A stretch of 64,000 bases of DNA from Oculina patagonica (taxonomy: Eukaryota): assembly GCF_052425735.1 (NCBI RefSeq), contig NC_135765.1, positions 4,774,001 through 4,838,000 on the forward strand, written 5' to 3'. Positions 37,920-50,232 of the stretch are shown piece by piece. Each line of letters begins with the position of its first letter. The first letter of the stretch is position 1. The position numbers were made by a program, and so were the translations under genes. Under the pieces are notes generated by a model. It ran no database searches, was not told the DNA's origin, and saw only the letters and a list, made by a program, of their open reading frames with translations.

Positions 37920-39000
37920 CACATTATTGCTTAGTGTGAAAAATATTCTAGTAAATAACAAGTAGAGTAATTTTTTCACTAATTAAAATATGTATACAAG
38001 GTAAAATATTTATAACATCTTTATGTGCACCGTAATTATAAACAGTGTGTGAAGCCCATATCATCCTACTTTTAATTACTTACATGTATAATTACTAAGT
38101 CTTTAATGATATAAATGAAAGTTGGAGACTCTGCCATCCAGTTCTTGTACTAACCGCCAAATGTGTATGCTCCTAAAAACCAGCTACTATAAGAAGCTTA
38201 CAGCTAGAACCAAATAGTCAAATTTCCACTAAAACATTATTGCTTCAAGTGCAGAATATCGCGTAAAATATCTTTTACTTTGTAAAAAATATTTATACTA
38301 AGTAAAATATTAATAACATTTTAACGTAGGAATCAGTTATCATCCCACTTTTAATTAACTCTTTAGCTACAAGAAGCTTACAACTAAAACTAAATACTCA
38401 ACATTTCTACTTAAACATCATTGTTTTAAGTGAAGAATATCGAGTAAAATATTTACGAAGTAAAAACATATTTAAAATATTTTGCTAAGTAACATTTTTA
38501 TAACATCTTTAATTACAGTGTGAACAGTAAAAGTAGCCATGCATACATGCATAAATTATTAATGTCTTGAATGTTAGGTCCTCCTGTTTACAAAATGATA
38601 ATATAAATGAAAGTGAGAGACCCTGCTGTCCGGTTTTTGTCCTAATCGCCAAATTTGTACGCTTAACCTACAAGAAGTTTACAACTGGAACGAAATAGTT
38701 AAATGTTCTACTCGGCTGAACATCTTTACTCAGGGTGCAGGATATTCAAATAACTTCCAAGTTAGTTGGTGTATTTTAATGATTTGAGGAAAATTTTTAT
38801 TACCTGCGTTATCACTATAGCCAATTATATCGGAAAAAAAGGTGTTTGAACGATTCATATTTTTTCTCTTTCCTTGGATGACCGTAAGATGAATCTTCAG
38901 TTGTTTCACCTGGGAAATTCCAAACCAAATTCGCGCACAAGCTAGGGAAATTTTGATAAAGGCAGCAGCAATGTATGTCCCAGTAATAAATATATTTCTT
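37920..39000. repeat. Second block of the ~300-bp array plus flank; direct duplicate of ~35640-36545
   Basis: acattattgctta...gtgaaaaatattct at 35640 and 37921; ttcagttgtttcacct...aattttgataaaggcagcagc..tatgtcccagtaataaat at ~36465 and ~38895. Confidence 0.75.
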
Positions 39001-39132
39001 GGAGTAGCAATAGGAAACAAATAACTCCAATAATAAAAAGATGGCATTTAAAATGGCCGAAGATCTTCAGAAATACAGATTCGATGGACATATCATACAC
39101 TAATCAGTAACATAACTTTTATTCTGTAGAAG

Positions 39133-39261
39133 ATGCCGGTTATTGCCATTCTGTTATTGGTGTCTGTAATGTTCCGCAACATCTCCAGCCAGCAATGTGG
39201 AATTGACACTTTCCCCATCTATCAAATGATGCTTAGAGGCCACACCTTTAAGACGTTCAAG
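39133..39261 (+). pseudogene. Truncated signal peptide/PAN leader exon, paralog of gene 1 coding exon 1
   Basis: After an acceptor (ctgtag) it reads MPVIAILLLVSVMFRNISSQQCGIDTFPIYQMMLRGHTFKTFK, then ends abruptly at a foldback element. Confidence 0.85.
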
Positions 39262-39663
39262 TCAAAAATGAATAAAATTAGGTGTGACTATAAATGTATA
39301 AGAAATTCCTAAGAGACACGAATAAAAAGTAAAAAATGTCATGATGACGTAATAAGGTATATATTTGCACGCAATCGGAAAGCACCTGGAGGAACATGGC
39401 CTATCGAAGGCTGAGAAACAATTCTCTGTTTTAAAAAAAATGCAGATCAAAGTTTGATTGTTTAATATTTGAGATGTTGTTCATTAGGGAATTGAACCCT
39501 TAGCTAAATACTCAGAAAGACTCTTCTCGCGCCAAACTCTTTACGTGACTGCGTGCGAATTCCTTATTACGTCATCATGACATTTTTTACTTTTTATTCG
39601 TGTCTCTTAGGAATTTCTTATACATGTAAATTTATAGTCGTACCTAATTTTATTCATTTTTGA
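39262..39663. mobile_element. Foldback element with ~110-bp inverted arms
   Basis: tcaaaaatgaataaaattaggt...tcatgatgacgtaataagg is mirrored by ccttattacgtcatcatga...acctaattttattcatttttga. Confidence 0.75.
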
Positions 39664-40258
39664 AATTGATAATGACGTTAATCGAACGTTGAAAGGTCGT
39701 CGTCTTTTTTAATTTTTTTTGTCATAGTGAGGATAAATTCTCAACAGGATTTGCTTGTCTAAATTTTTTTTGTTTTATTTTTTTTTTTGTCTATTTTTTT
39801 ATACTTATGATTAATTGGTAATAGGACTTCGTGTCGTTCAATTCTGTCTATAATTATCTCTACCCTAAAATATTCGACAAAAAACACATTTTTTGCAATA
39901 TCTGCATAAAGCAAGGAGACAGTGACAGTGAGTGGAATATTGTGGACACTGTCATTTTGTTTTAATTAAACAAAATAATGTTCGTGTGGCTGTGTTCAAG
40001 GCGATGTGGCAAAACAGTTGTGATAAGATACAATAATTCCACCTACTAATGTCCTTTCGTTGTCATAATATTTGTTGTTAAGAATTTGTTTATAAAAAGG
40101 CTACAAAAATAATTTAAGTTCTAAAAACCAAAACGTTTTCCACACTATGGTCATCATAGTGATAAGTGGTGGAAATTTACATATTCAGCTTGGTTTTGTT
40201 CATTAGGTTATTTCCGAGGGGAACAGTTTGGTGATGTAACAATGTTCTTATTCGTTTA

Positions 40259-40873
40259 ATCCTGGTTCTCATATGATCGCCCCGATCGTTTCTATCGCAT
40301 CGATCGTTTGCAAAAACTGAGACGACCGTAAGCGATCGAAGCGATTAGAAGCGATCGCGGGTTATCATATGAGACCCCCTATTTTCGTTCCGATAGCCTG
40401 GTATGAGCGAAGACCAACGAAAAACAATTATTTTAGTCCTAGATCCAACACAATGGCAGCCTTCAATGAAAAAGCAAAACTCGTGGCCTCATTTCTTCTT
40501 AGATATTGTTGTTTTACGGCGAAGAAGGGAAGAATAAGAGAAGGATAGATCACGGACGATTGCTAACGTCTGCAGCGATTGGGATAACCTGCAGAACTAG
40601 CCTGCGTAGCTGGCGCAAAGGGAAAAATAAACCGCGGTTTATGTGTTCTTCGCGCTCCGCTCTCGACTTCGTGCTGGCTGTGTCGCGCTTCACGCGACCC
40701 GCAAAATAAACCGCCCGTTCTGCAGGCTATCTCAATCACCGCAGACGTTAGCGATCGTTCGTGTAACGTTCGCTTCGTGTAACGTTCGCATATAATCGCC
40801 CCAATCGCCGCAAGGAAACCTTTTTGACAGAGGCGATAGAAACGATCGGGGCGATTACATGAGAACCAGCCTT
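40259..40873. mobile_element. Harbinger-like MITE with a nested TAGCCTGC...GCAGGCTA mini-element (~40597-40729)
   Basis: TIRs ctggttctcatatgatcgcc-cgatcgtttctatcgc / gcgatagaaacgatcggggcgattacatgagaaccag. Confidence 0.65.
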
Positions 40874-40889
40874 TGGGGTTGGTATTTCG

Positions 40890-41200
40890 CATGCAATCAT
40901 TTCTTCGAAAAGCAGTTTTCTCGGTACACGCGATGTTCCATGTGAATAAGTGGGCAGGATTTTTTGCGAGGTGAGGGACTGGGTCAGAGTTCTGATTCTT
41001 GTTCTCGTGTTCTCTTTCGCACTGCGAAATTTCGTTTGTTTCTCCAATGCAGGTTTCGCCATACGTGCACACGATCGGCACGATAGATGACATTTGATTT
41101 GCACCAGTGTTTGCCATTAAATGATAAAAATAAAACGCCCATCCGTAAAAGTGTGATCTTCGAGGAACAAGTAACGTCCAGAGAATGATATCAGTGCATA
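40890..41200 (-). mobile_element. Penelope-like GIY-YIG endonuclease remnant
   Basis: Frameshifted CTYGETCIGET...REHENKNQNSDP..HLAKNPAHLFTW. Confidence 0.55.
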
Positions 41201-41742
41201 TTTTTGAAGCCAAATGCATGGTGGTTATTGTGTTTGCTATCATATCCTTGAAATATATTTACGCAACTCATTTTAGGAGACCTTTTTCAAAGGTTTTAAA
41301 CGTCAAAGTAATTCTAAGTTATTGGATGAGATGCGAATTAAATACATTCGGATGTAAACACAAAACTAAGATTTCACCTTTCTATAACAACTCAAAAGGG
41401 CCTCAAGAGTCCTCATGGACCCGATGAGGATAAATAGTACTAAGAAGTATAACAACTCAAAAAAATTGAAAACCAAAACAGCAACCCAACAACGACAACA
41501 ATACCAACAGCAGCACACGTTTGCAGGTGTGTATATATACAACGCTATTTCAAAAAGAACGTTTCTTTTCTCACTAAACAGAAAGATTTCTTATACATGT
41601 TGTCAAAATAATTCAAAGTATTTAATTTTTAATTAAGTGGCCTACGACCTGGTTTCAAAGATTTAAAACGTTCATATATTGTGCCAACTGTTTATCTAGT
41701 TTGTATTTTCTTTAAATTAGCTGGTTCTTCTAGAAAACTGAG

Positions 41743-43501
41743 ATGGGGACTCTCCTTTGGTTAACGTTCATCGTGTTGGCTCACTTGCCGAAACAACACC
41801 TCGTCTGTGCCGATAAAATTTGTCAAAACTTTAAGTTTTTCATTGACCAGGACCTTGTTGAAGACCACGCCCTGGAGGGTCACGTGATTAGAAATTCAAC
41901 AGTGGACCGAGTCACGCAGTGTCACATAATGTGCAAAGACGACTGTCGCTGTCTCTCTATGAACTACATACATAACACTCAGAAAGATAACTGCCAGCTT
42001 AACGAGGTTAATAAAAAGATGAAGCCTGCTGCACTGAAATACAAAGCGGGAGCAAAATATTACGATCTGGTGCGGGAGTACAGCATTGTAAGTACAGTCG
42101 TTTGAAGTCCGGTTTGTAATAACATTTTTATACCTTGTAAAAACAAATTGAATGTACATATTTATTTTTCCGTTGGATATGAGATGGTACAACATATAGT
42201 AGTAAGAGTAGAATTATTGTTTTATTGAAACATCCAAGTAATTGCATTATTTGAGCTTTCCGGTTGTTTTCGTCGCTTAAAACTACCATATTTGTGGTCC
42301 ATGAGTTCAAATACCATTGCCTGTAGTCCAGTCTCTGAACTCTCTCTTCCGCGCGCCCTATATGGGGGTTGAACCCAGGCGCGCAAAGAGAGAGTCCAGG
42401 ATAACTTGCATGCGCATGCGCTAGTTTTCCCCCCAAAATTGGGGGAAAAAACATATTTGGCAGCACTTTTGAAAACGCGCGCGCACAGCTGACGAGATCA
42501 ACTACGCGACCGTGTTCTAAAGCAGGGACACCGGAATAACTTTAAAAAAGCCAAGCTTTCCAGTCAATGTGTTCTAAAAGCTATCGGCCAAAACACAAAT
42601 CGCTATCCGTCAACTATTCCCAGTATTTTGTAGCTGTTTATTGAATTAGTTTTGGATGCAATTTAGCAAAGAATTTTTTTTTCTTGCATTTATTCGCGCG
42701 CTTGGTCGCCTAGTGGAATTCGTCATTTGAGCGAGCATTTTTAACCTAGCGCGCGCATCCTAAGCAAGTGACGCCACACTCCTCGCTTCTGATTGGTTGT
42801 TTTCGTCGCTTTAAACTACCATATTTGTGGTCCATGAGTTCAAATACCATTGCCTGTAGTCCAGTCTCTGAACTCTCTCTTCCGCGCGCCCTATATGGGG
42901 GTTGAACCCAGGCGCGCAAAGAGAGAGTCCAGGATAACTTGCATGCGCATGCGCTAGTTTTCCCCCCAAAATTGGGGGAAAAAACATATTTGGCAGCACT
43001 TTTGAAAACGCGCGCGCACAGCTGACGAGATCAACTACGCGACCGTGTTCTAAAGCAGGGACACCGGAATAACTTTAAAAAAGCCAAGCTTTCCAGTCAA
43101 TGTGTTCTAAACGCTATCGGCCAAAACACAAATCGCTATCCGTCAACTATTCCCAGTATTTTGTAGCTGTTTATTGAATTAGTTTTGGATGCAATTTCTT
43201 GCATTTATTCGCGCGCTTGGTCGCCTAGTGGAATTCGTCATTTGAGCGAGCATTTTTAACCTAGCGCGCGCGTCCTATAAAGCAAGTGACGCCACACTCC
43301 TCGCTTCTGATTGGTTCGTTGTGAGCATGCACATGCAAGTTATCCTGGACTCCCTCTTCGCGCTCCTGGGTTGAGCCCCTATAAAGGGCGCGTGTAAGAG
43401 AGAGTTCAGGAACTGGACTACATTACCTGTTAACCAATCAAAACTCAGGAGTTGCAATATACCATGGATTCAGTGAGCCAATCAGAAAGCTAGCAATGCA
43501 T

Positions 43502-43536
<35 letters not shown>

Positions 43537-44369
43537 ATAAATATCATTGTTTATAGCATGGTAGACGCTTCTCCCAAGGAATTGATCGCTGTGTCAACAG
43601 ATGCTGTCAGGACAATCCATGTCTTCATGGGGGGACTTGTGAGGAGATTTGTGACCCCACCACTGTGAGGTTCAACTGCACATGTCCTGCTGGTTATACC
43701 GGTCAGCGGTGTGAGAAAATAAAGCCGTATCCTCGTAACTGCAAGGATCTGGCGACAAATGGCGCAAAGATTTCTGGGAAGTTTGACGTGTACGATTCGC
43801 AGAAGAAGCCTTTTCAAGTCTACTGTGACTTTTATTCTGAGCCTGGTTATGTTTGGACGCTAATACAGTCCTATTCTTTGGCGAACAACAACCAGTTTAA
43901 GTATAAGAGATTTGGTGTTGACTTTCCGGTTAATGAAGAGGTAGCAGCAATAAACTGGGGCGCCTATCGGTTGTCTTTGCCCCATATGCAGTCACTTGCC
44001 AATGCATCAACTTATCTCAGAGCCACTTGCAACTTCCCGGATGAGGGCCTCGTCTTTACCGACTACGCACGCGCAAAATTGGCAGGCCACGATCTGTTTG
44101 GCGTATGGCAAGCACAGTGCCGCACTTATGAGGTCATAAACATCCGGGATATTGAATGTAAAGAATGCACCGCAGGCACGTGGCAAAAAGGTGAGATGTG
44201 GCATATTAACAGTGAATTGAGTGCAAGTGCTGGATGTCAGTTTAATGGACAGGCAGGAGCAGTTCGATATGAACAAAATTTCGGATTTTATGATCATGTA
44301 AATGTGAACTTTCGATGCACTTCCAGTCAAACTTCCACCACACAACACTGGATTGGTAATATGAAATGA
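41743..44369 (+). CDS. Gene 4: secreted PAN/apple + EGF + fibrinogen-like protein, ~385 aa. Exons 41743-42087 and 43557-44369
   Basis: Signal peptide MGTLLWLTFIVLAHL; PAN CHIMC...CLSMNY...CQLN; phase-0 intron ATT|GTAAGT...TATAG|CAT; EGF CQDNPCLHGGTCEEIC...CTCPAGYTGQRCE; fibrinogen-like PRNCKDL...FQVYCDF...WTLIQ. Open frame of 1158 nt. Confidence 0.9.
42857..43420. mobile_element. Academ-like MITE in the gene 4 intron, with an upstream 533-bp tandem duplicate (42262-42794)
   Basis: TIRs TAGTCCAG...CTGGACTA and a 9-bp TSD cattgcctg/cattacctg with one mismatch. Confidence 0.7.
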
Positions 44370-45076
44370 AAAAATCAACAAAAAAAGCTTTGCTGTACAT
44401 ATAAATATTCGCATCCCCTCCTTTCGTTATTCTTGGATTAGGTAGCTGTATGCTGCTGCGCTGTATGCTGCTTATTTGAAATTCTGCCATGAATATCGAA
44501 AAATTCTTTAATTAGGGGTTTGTTGTACAAGATAATATTTCGCAGAATAGTTTTTGCTTCCCGGTGTGTGCGTTATAAATCTGGGCACATTTTTTTTTCT
44601 CCTTCCTCTGCAAACAACAACGTTAAATGACCAAAATTCGTCAAATGTAGCCATGACGGTGATGTTTGTAGTTGACCACTGCTTTAACATGTTGAACTGT
44701 AATGATGCTCTGACCCTGGTAGATGCACTGCAATAATGTTAAGTAAAATATTTCAGATTTTTGATTGACATTTACGTCAGTATCGTATTAATGGTTCCAA
44801 AGTTTTCTTTTGCTTGCACTGATTGTGAATGTTGTATCGAGTTGCAGGGTCCCAAAATCTGTATTTGTCAACGCACGAGTTTTCTGCGTCGTGTATTTAC
44901 CAAGACGCACTTGATGTTAGAAGTTATTCGTAACAGTTTTGTTTTAGAAGGTATAAATTCGAATATTTAACGAATAAAATTTAATTACACAGTTTCTGTG
45001 TTATGTTTTCAATGTTTTCCAGCTCCTCAGGTCGATTTGAAACGATCTCGGTAAGTTACTGCTTTGCGAAGATTTC

Positions 45077-45819
45077 TTAGCGTGCGTATATTGAGTTATG
45101 CATACACGCGGAAAGTTTGGAGAGCACGAGAGATGCGTAAGAGTTGCTCGAGGAGTAGCCAAGAGCAACTCAGTCTAGCTTCTTGAATGTTTTCCAAACT
45201 TCCCAAGTGAATCTATAACTCGATATACGCACAGCTAAAAGCATGAACCAATTTTTATAAGAAAGCCGCTACGAAGTTGTGCACGAAAACAGGTTTTCAA
45301 AACGTCAGTCACCAACAACAGTTTTCGCGTCTCGGATTGTTTGCTGTTGTATGCTAACGACTATGTAATTATATTAACTTGTTTTCGGCAGGTTGAACAG
45401 ACGTAAAAAAAAACAACAACAGAGAAATGGTTTCCATTAAATATTGCCACAGAAAAAGTTGTGGACTTTTTAGTTGCTGTTGAATACCTGTCTACTAGAA
45501 TTGGCTGCAGCTCTTGTTCGGATAAATTTGGGAAGCGCGCCTGTTCTGGTTCGTTTTCGTTGCTCTTGCTTGCTGTCATGCTGGCTTAAAGGACTAACAG
45601 GTCAACGCCAAGAGGAAAATTTAAAAGTTCTTTACTAGTTTCTGCCGTTTTGTTGCTGTTAAGACTATCGGAAAGTAAGCAACGTGAACTCGCAGTTATA
45701 AAACTCGACGGAGCAAAAATGCAACTGCACACGTCATCTTGCTGATGGTACGCCCGGCCGATACCATGGTCGCTGAACAGGAATTAGATAGGGACAGCAC
45801 ACGCGCTATGTTATAAATA
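45077..45819 (-). mobile_element. Crypton-like non-autonomous element
   Basis: Terminal palindrome at 45077-45238, short IR pair tttataagaaagc / gctatgttataaa, and ORF start RFPNLSEQELQPIL...TKKST resembling Crypton/ZMYM-type N-termini. Confidence 0.5.
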
Positions 45820-46733
45820 TGTTTGAAGTTGAATTATACATTCGAATAATTGTATTGTTAATTTAGTGTTAGTGTTTACCTCTAACATCTTACAAAGAGA
45901 GCCGACAGGGTCAAAGCCAACAAGCCCTTTTTAAGGCCCCGGCAAACGAGGAAAAATTAATATTGTTGCGGAAACATTGTTTCCCAAAATTGATTTCTTG
46001 GCGCCCAAACAGAGAAAATTTGCAACGGAAGCAAAACGTTTCTGAAAAGTTCAGAAAACATTATTGGCTTCAGCAACAAATGTCGCGGGCGCGCAAGTGG
46101 GAATCAACAAGGAAATATACATAATTTGAAAAATAACTTAGAGGAGAAAACACAATTAAAATAAACATAATAAATGATATCCTTGTTAAAATTCGATTAT
46201 TCTAAACCAAGTACTATTTTTTTTAAAAAAGCTCCATTGTTTAATATCACTTCGTTTTCAAGAATCGAATTTTAACCCTATTCAGACAGGGCTTTTCAGA
46301 GGGGGCGGGGGGCGGATTCCACACTCCCTCGGTAACTTCCAGAATATTTGAACAATCACAATGAAACTTATATTATATATAGTATGTCCAAAAATCTATC
46401 TTTTGATATACGTCCCGGCCGTGGGATGACGACGTCACATCACGTGACAATTACATCGTGATGTTAAAACAGCCGCCATGTTGGATTTTAAAATTTTTCC
46501 AAAACGTCAGAAAACCGTTGTCTGTTTTTCAAAAGACAGCGAAAAGTAAACTGAAGCGCCCGGCCCACTTCTAAATTCCAATAATTATTTCACTGTCACG
46601 TACTAACAGTAAATTCAGCAAATTTAATAAAACCAGTTATCTTTTGTGTACAAACACAGTGACAAATAAACATAAATTATATATCAACACAAACATGATC
46701 ATTGGAACCTGCTCTTGCCGTCTTGGTGCGACA

Positions 46734-47233
46734 NNNNNNNNNNNNNNNNNNNNNNNNNNNNNNNNNNNNNNNNNNNNNNNNNNNNNNNNNNNNNNNNNNN
46801 NNNNNNNNNNNNNNNNNNNNNNNNNNNNNNNNNNNNNNNNNNNNNNNNNNNNNNNNNNNNNNNNNNNNNNNNNNNNNNNNNNNNNNNNNNNNNNNNNNNN
46901 NNNNNNNNNNNNNNNNNNNNNNNNNNNNNNNNNNNNNNNNNNNNNNNNNNNNNNNNNNNNNNNNNNNNNNNNNNNNNNNNNNNNNNNNNNNNNNNNNNNN
47001 NNNNNNNNNNNNNNNNNNNNNNNNNNNNNNNNNNNNNNNNNNNNNNNNNNNNNNNNNNNNNNNNNNNNNNNNNNNNNNNNNNNNNNNNNNNNNNNNNNNN
47101 NNNNNNNNNNNNNNNNNNNNNNNNNNNNNNNNNNNNNNNNNNNNNNNNNNNNNNNNNNNNNNNNNNNNNNNNNNNNNNNNNNNNNNNNNNNNNNNNNNNN
47201 NNNNNNNNNNNNNNNNNNNNNNNNNNNNNNNNN
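46734..47233. other. Assembly gap (500 N)
   Basis: Run of N. Confidence 1.
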
Positions 47234-47657
47234 TCTTAAATTTTATGCGTTAAACAGCTTATAGAATCGAACAGACCAAATTGAGAAGTTAAACATTTGT
47301 CAATAGACCATTTGCATTATGAGGTAAATGCGCAAAGACTTCTGGTAGTTGTAGTTAAGTTCGCGGGAAATTTTGAATCGTCATCAAGCCCGCTTGCCCA
47401 GGAAAATCGCGATGGAGATAAAGAAAATTACTCTCACCGAAAAAGACGTCCCTGTGGCTTCATTTAAAGGGCAAAAAGCAAGCTCTCAGTATAAAACCAA
47501 GTCCGTTAAAATAAAAAAAGTTATGCAAGATATCGTTTATTTGTTTGGTTGCGTTTTGTAGTGAAGTTTCAACGAGTGTTTCAAATTCCTCCAGTGGAGT
47601 CTGTTGTGATATTGAATAAGTTTGCATAATTAAGTGACTAGTGCACGTGACTCAGAT

Positions 47658-50232
47658 TGTTATGTAACCGCGCCTCGGGTCTCGCGTGGTCTTGTTCGTC
47701 AGCCATTAAAAGTTGTTGTGTTTGCTTGGTCTTGGCGTCTTTACGTTGATCGTAACATGGTGTCAGACGCGGGATTTTAACCCAACTGTTCAGAATTACT
47801 TCGTAGCTTTGAAGTCTTCAAGTCCAGCGCTTCGTCCGCGATTGGTAGGCTGTTGTGAAGTCTATAGTTTGCGTTCGAGTTTGCTTTGGTTAGTTGCACG
47901 TGGCATTACAAGTATCATGGCTGCTGTCAGTACTACAGCGAAAATTCCCTCGCCGCTGAATCTTACTGACCTTTTGCATCAAGGAGAAAATTGGAAATCG
48001 TTTCGACGTGAATGGAAGTTTTACGAGCTAGCGGCTGGCATTCACAAGAAACAAGAAGAAGTTCGGGTGGCTTCGCTGTTGAATGTGATCGGTAAAGAAG
48101 GAATGGACATGTACGACACCTTCCAATGGGCTAATGCTTCGAACGCTCTGAAGATCGATAAGATTCTTAAAAAGTTCGAAGAGCGTTGTGTCCCTGCACG
48201 GAACGAAACCTATGAAAGATATGTTTTCTTCAAACGTGAGCAATTGTCCAGTGAGTCGCTTGATAATTACATAACTGCATTGATGAAGCTTTCAGAATCG
48301 TGTGGTTTTGGCGCGTTACGAGAATCGCTGGTTCGAGACCGCTTAATTCTCGGTGTGAAGGATGATAGAGTTCGTGAAAAGCTTCTTGGAAAGCGAGACC
48401 TCGATCTCGATAAAGCCATCGAAACTATCAAGGCAAGTTAAGTTACTCACGAGCGAGCGACCGAAATTTCAGAAGAATCTTCAGGACACGAAGATATTAA
48501 TCGAGTGAGTCCCAAACCTCCGTTTAAAAACAAGCGCCGGAAAACGCCGCCTCCCAAGCTTCCGTCGCCAAACAAGGGACCTCCCAAGCTGAAAGAGTGT
48601 TTGTTTTGTGGTGGTAAACATGCACTGGAAAGGAAATTGTGCCCGGCCTCTGGTCAGAAATGTAAGAAGTGTGGTAAACAAGGTCATTTTGCAGTCAAGT
48701 GTCACGGCAACTCAGAAGGAGAGAAAGTTCACATGGTCGAAGAAGAAGTTTACATTCATAGCTTCAGTGGTCAAGATCAAGCTCTCGTTTCACTAACTGT
48801 CAATGATTCAGTATCAGTGACATTTCAAATTGATACAGGTTCTACTGCAAATATTTTGCCACTGCAGGATTACATTAGGGCAACAAACGATCACAGCAAA
48901 GCTAAAATTGTTCCCAAGGACATTACACTTGTGATGCATGATCTCTCGAGGCGAAAGGCACTTGGTTTCGCCAGGATGAAAGTGGAACATAATGGTAGTA
49001 AGCATGAACTGAATTTTGTCATTGTCGACCAGAAGGTCACACCTTTGCTTGGTTTGCAGTCATCAAAGGGGATGGGTCTTCTCAAGATTATGGTCTCTAG
49101 TGCTGATACCCGTATCAATAATGTAATTGAAACCCCGAAACAAGATCCAGTAGTTTCTGAGGATGTCACCAATGATTCTGTGCTTAGTCCTTTTGTTGAT
49201 GTGTTCCAAGGCATTGGCTGTTTACCCGGGGAATACAACATCCAGCTGAGTAAAGATGTTCACCCTGTTGTTCACCCCCCACGAAGAGTGCCTGTTCCTA
49301 AGAAAGAGGCAATGAAGACCGAGCTTGACAAGATGGTTGCCAAGGAGATTATTACTCCAGTTACAGAGCCAACTGACTGGGTGTCGAGTGTCTTAGCAGT
49401 CCCCAAGAAGGATGGATCGGTTTGCATTTGTCTAGATCCCAAAGATTTGAACACTGCCATAAAGTGCTCTCATTACCCTTTACCGACAGTTGAAGATATC
49501 ACAACTCGTCTCACAAATGCCAAAGTGTTCAGTGTGTTTGATGCGAAAAGTGGATTTTGGCAAGTGAAACTAACTTAGCAATCAAGCTTTTACACCACTT
49601 TTAACACCCCCTTTGGCCGCTTTCGTTGGCTGAGAATGCCATTTGGCATAAGTTCTGCGCCCGAGATATGGCAGCGGAAGATGCATGAAGCAATTGAGGG
49701 TCTCCAAGGAGTGGAAGTTATCGCCGATGATTTCCTGGTTTGTGGATTTGGAGACACTGTCGATGAAGCAGAAAAGGATCATGATCAGAAATTAACGGCT
49801 TTCCTTCAAAGATGCCGTAAGTTGAATCTGACACTTAATCTTCAGAAGGTTAAGCTTCGCCTATCTCAAGTACCATTTATGGGTCATCTACTCACAGCTG
49901 ATGGTGTGGTAACCGACCCAAACAAAGTTCGTGTCATACGTGACATGCCAACCCCGACAGATGTCAAATCCCTGAAGCGATTCCTTGGCATGGTTACTTA
50001 CCTGGCTAAGTTCTTTCCAAACCTGTCCAGTGTCTGCGAGCCGTTGAGACGACTGGAGCTTAAGAATACTGAATGGTGTTGGCTGCCTGTTCATGATGAA
50101 GCTGTCCATAGTATCAAGAATCTTGTTTGTAAAGCTCCAGTGTTGAAGTTTTACGATGTCAATCAGGAAGTCACAATCGAAAGTGACGCATCGCTTTCTG
50201 GACTTGGCGCCTCCCTACTTCAGGAGGGTCAG
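47658..50232 (+). mobile_element. Gypsy (Mag-like) LTR retrotransposon, 3'-truncated. 5' LTR 47658-47757, PBS 47758-47776, gag-pol from 47917
   Basis: LTR TGTTA...TAACA; PBS TGGTGTCAGAcGcGGGATT, complementary to a tRNA-Leu-like 3' end. Single frame with two nonsense stops (48439, 49576). Cys/His knuckles, protease DTG, RT MPFG and IADD, RNase H start DAS. No integrase or 3' LTR. Confidence 0.92.

Noticed and set aside
40563-41243. 226-aa minus-strand ORF
   Set aside because: It is chance read-through across a Penelope-like remnant and a MITE.
46644-47264. Three long ORFs
   Set aside because: They only read through the N gap.
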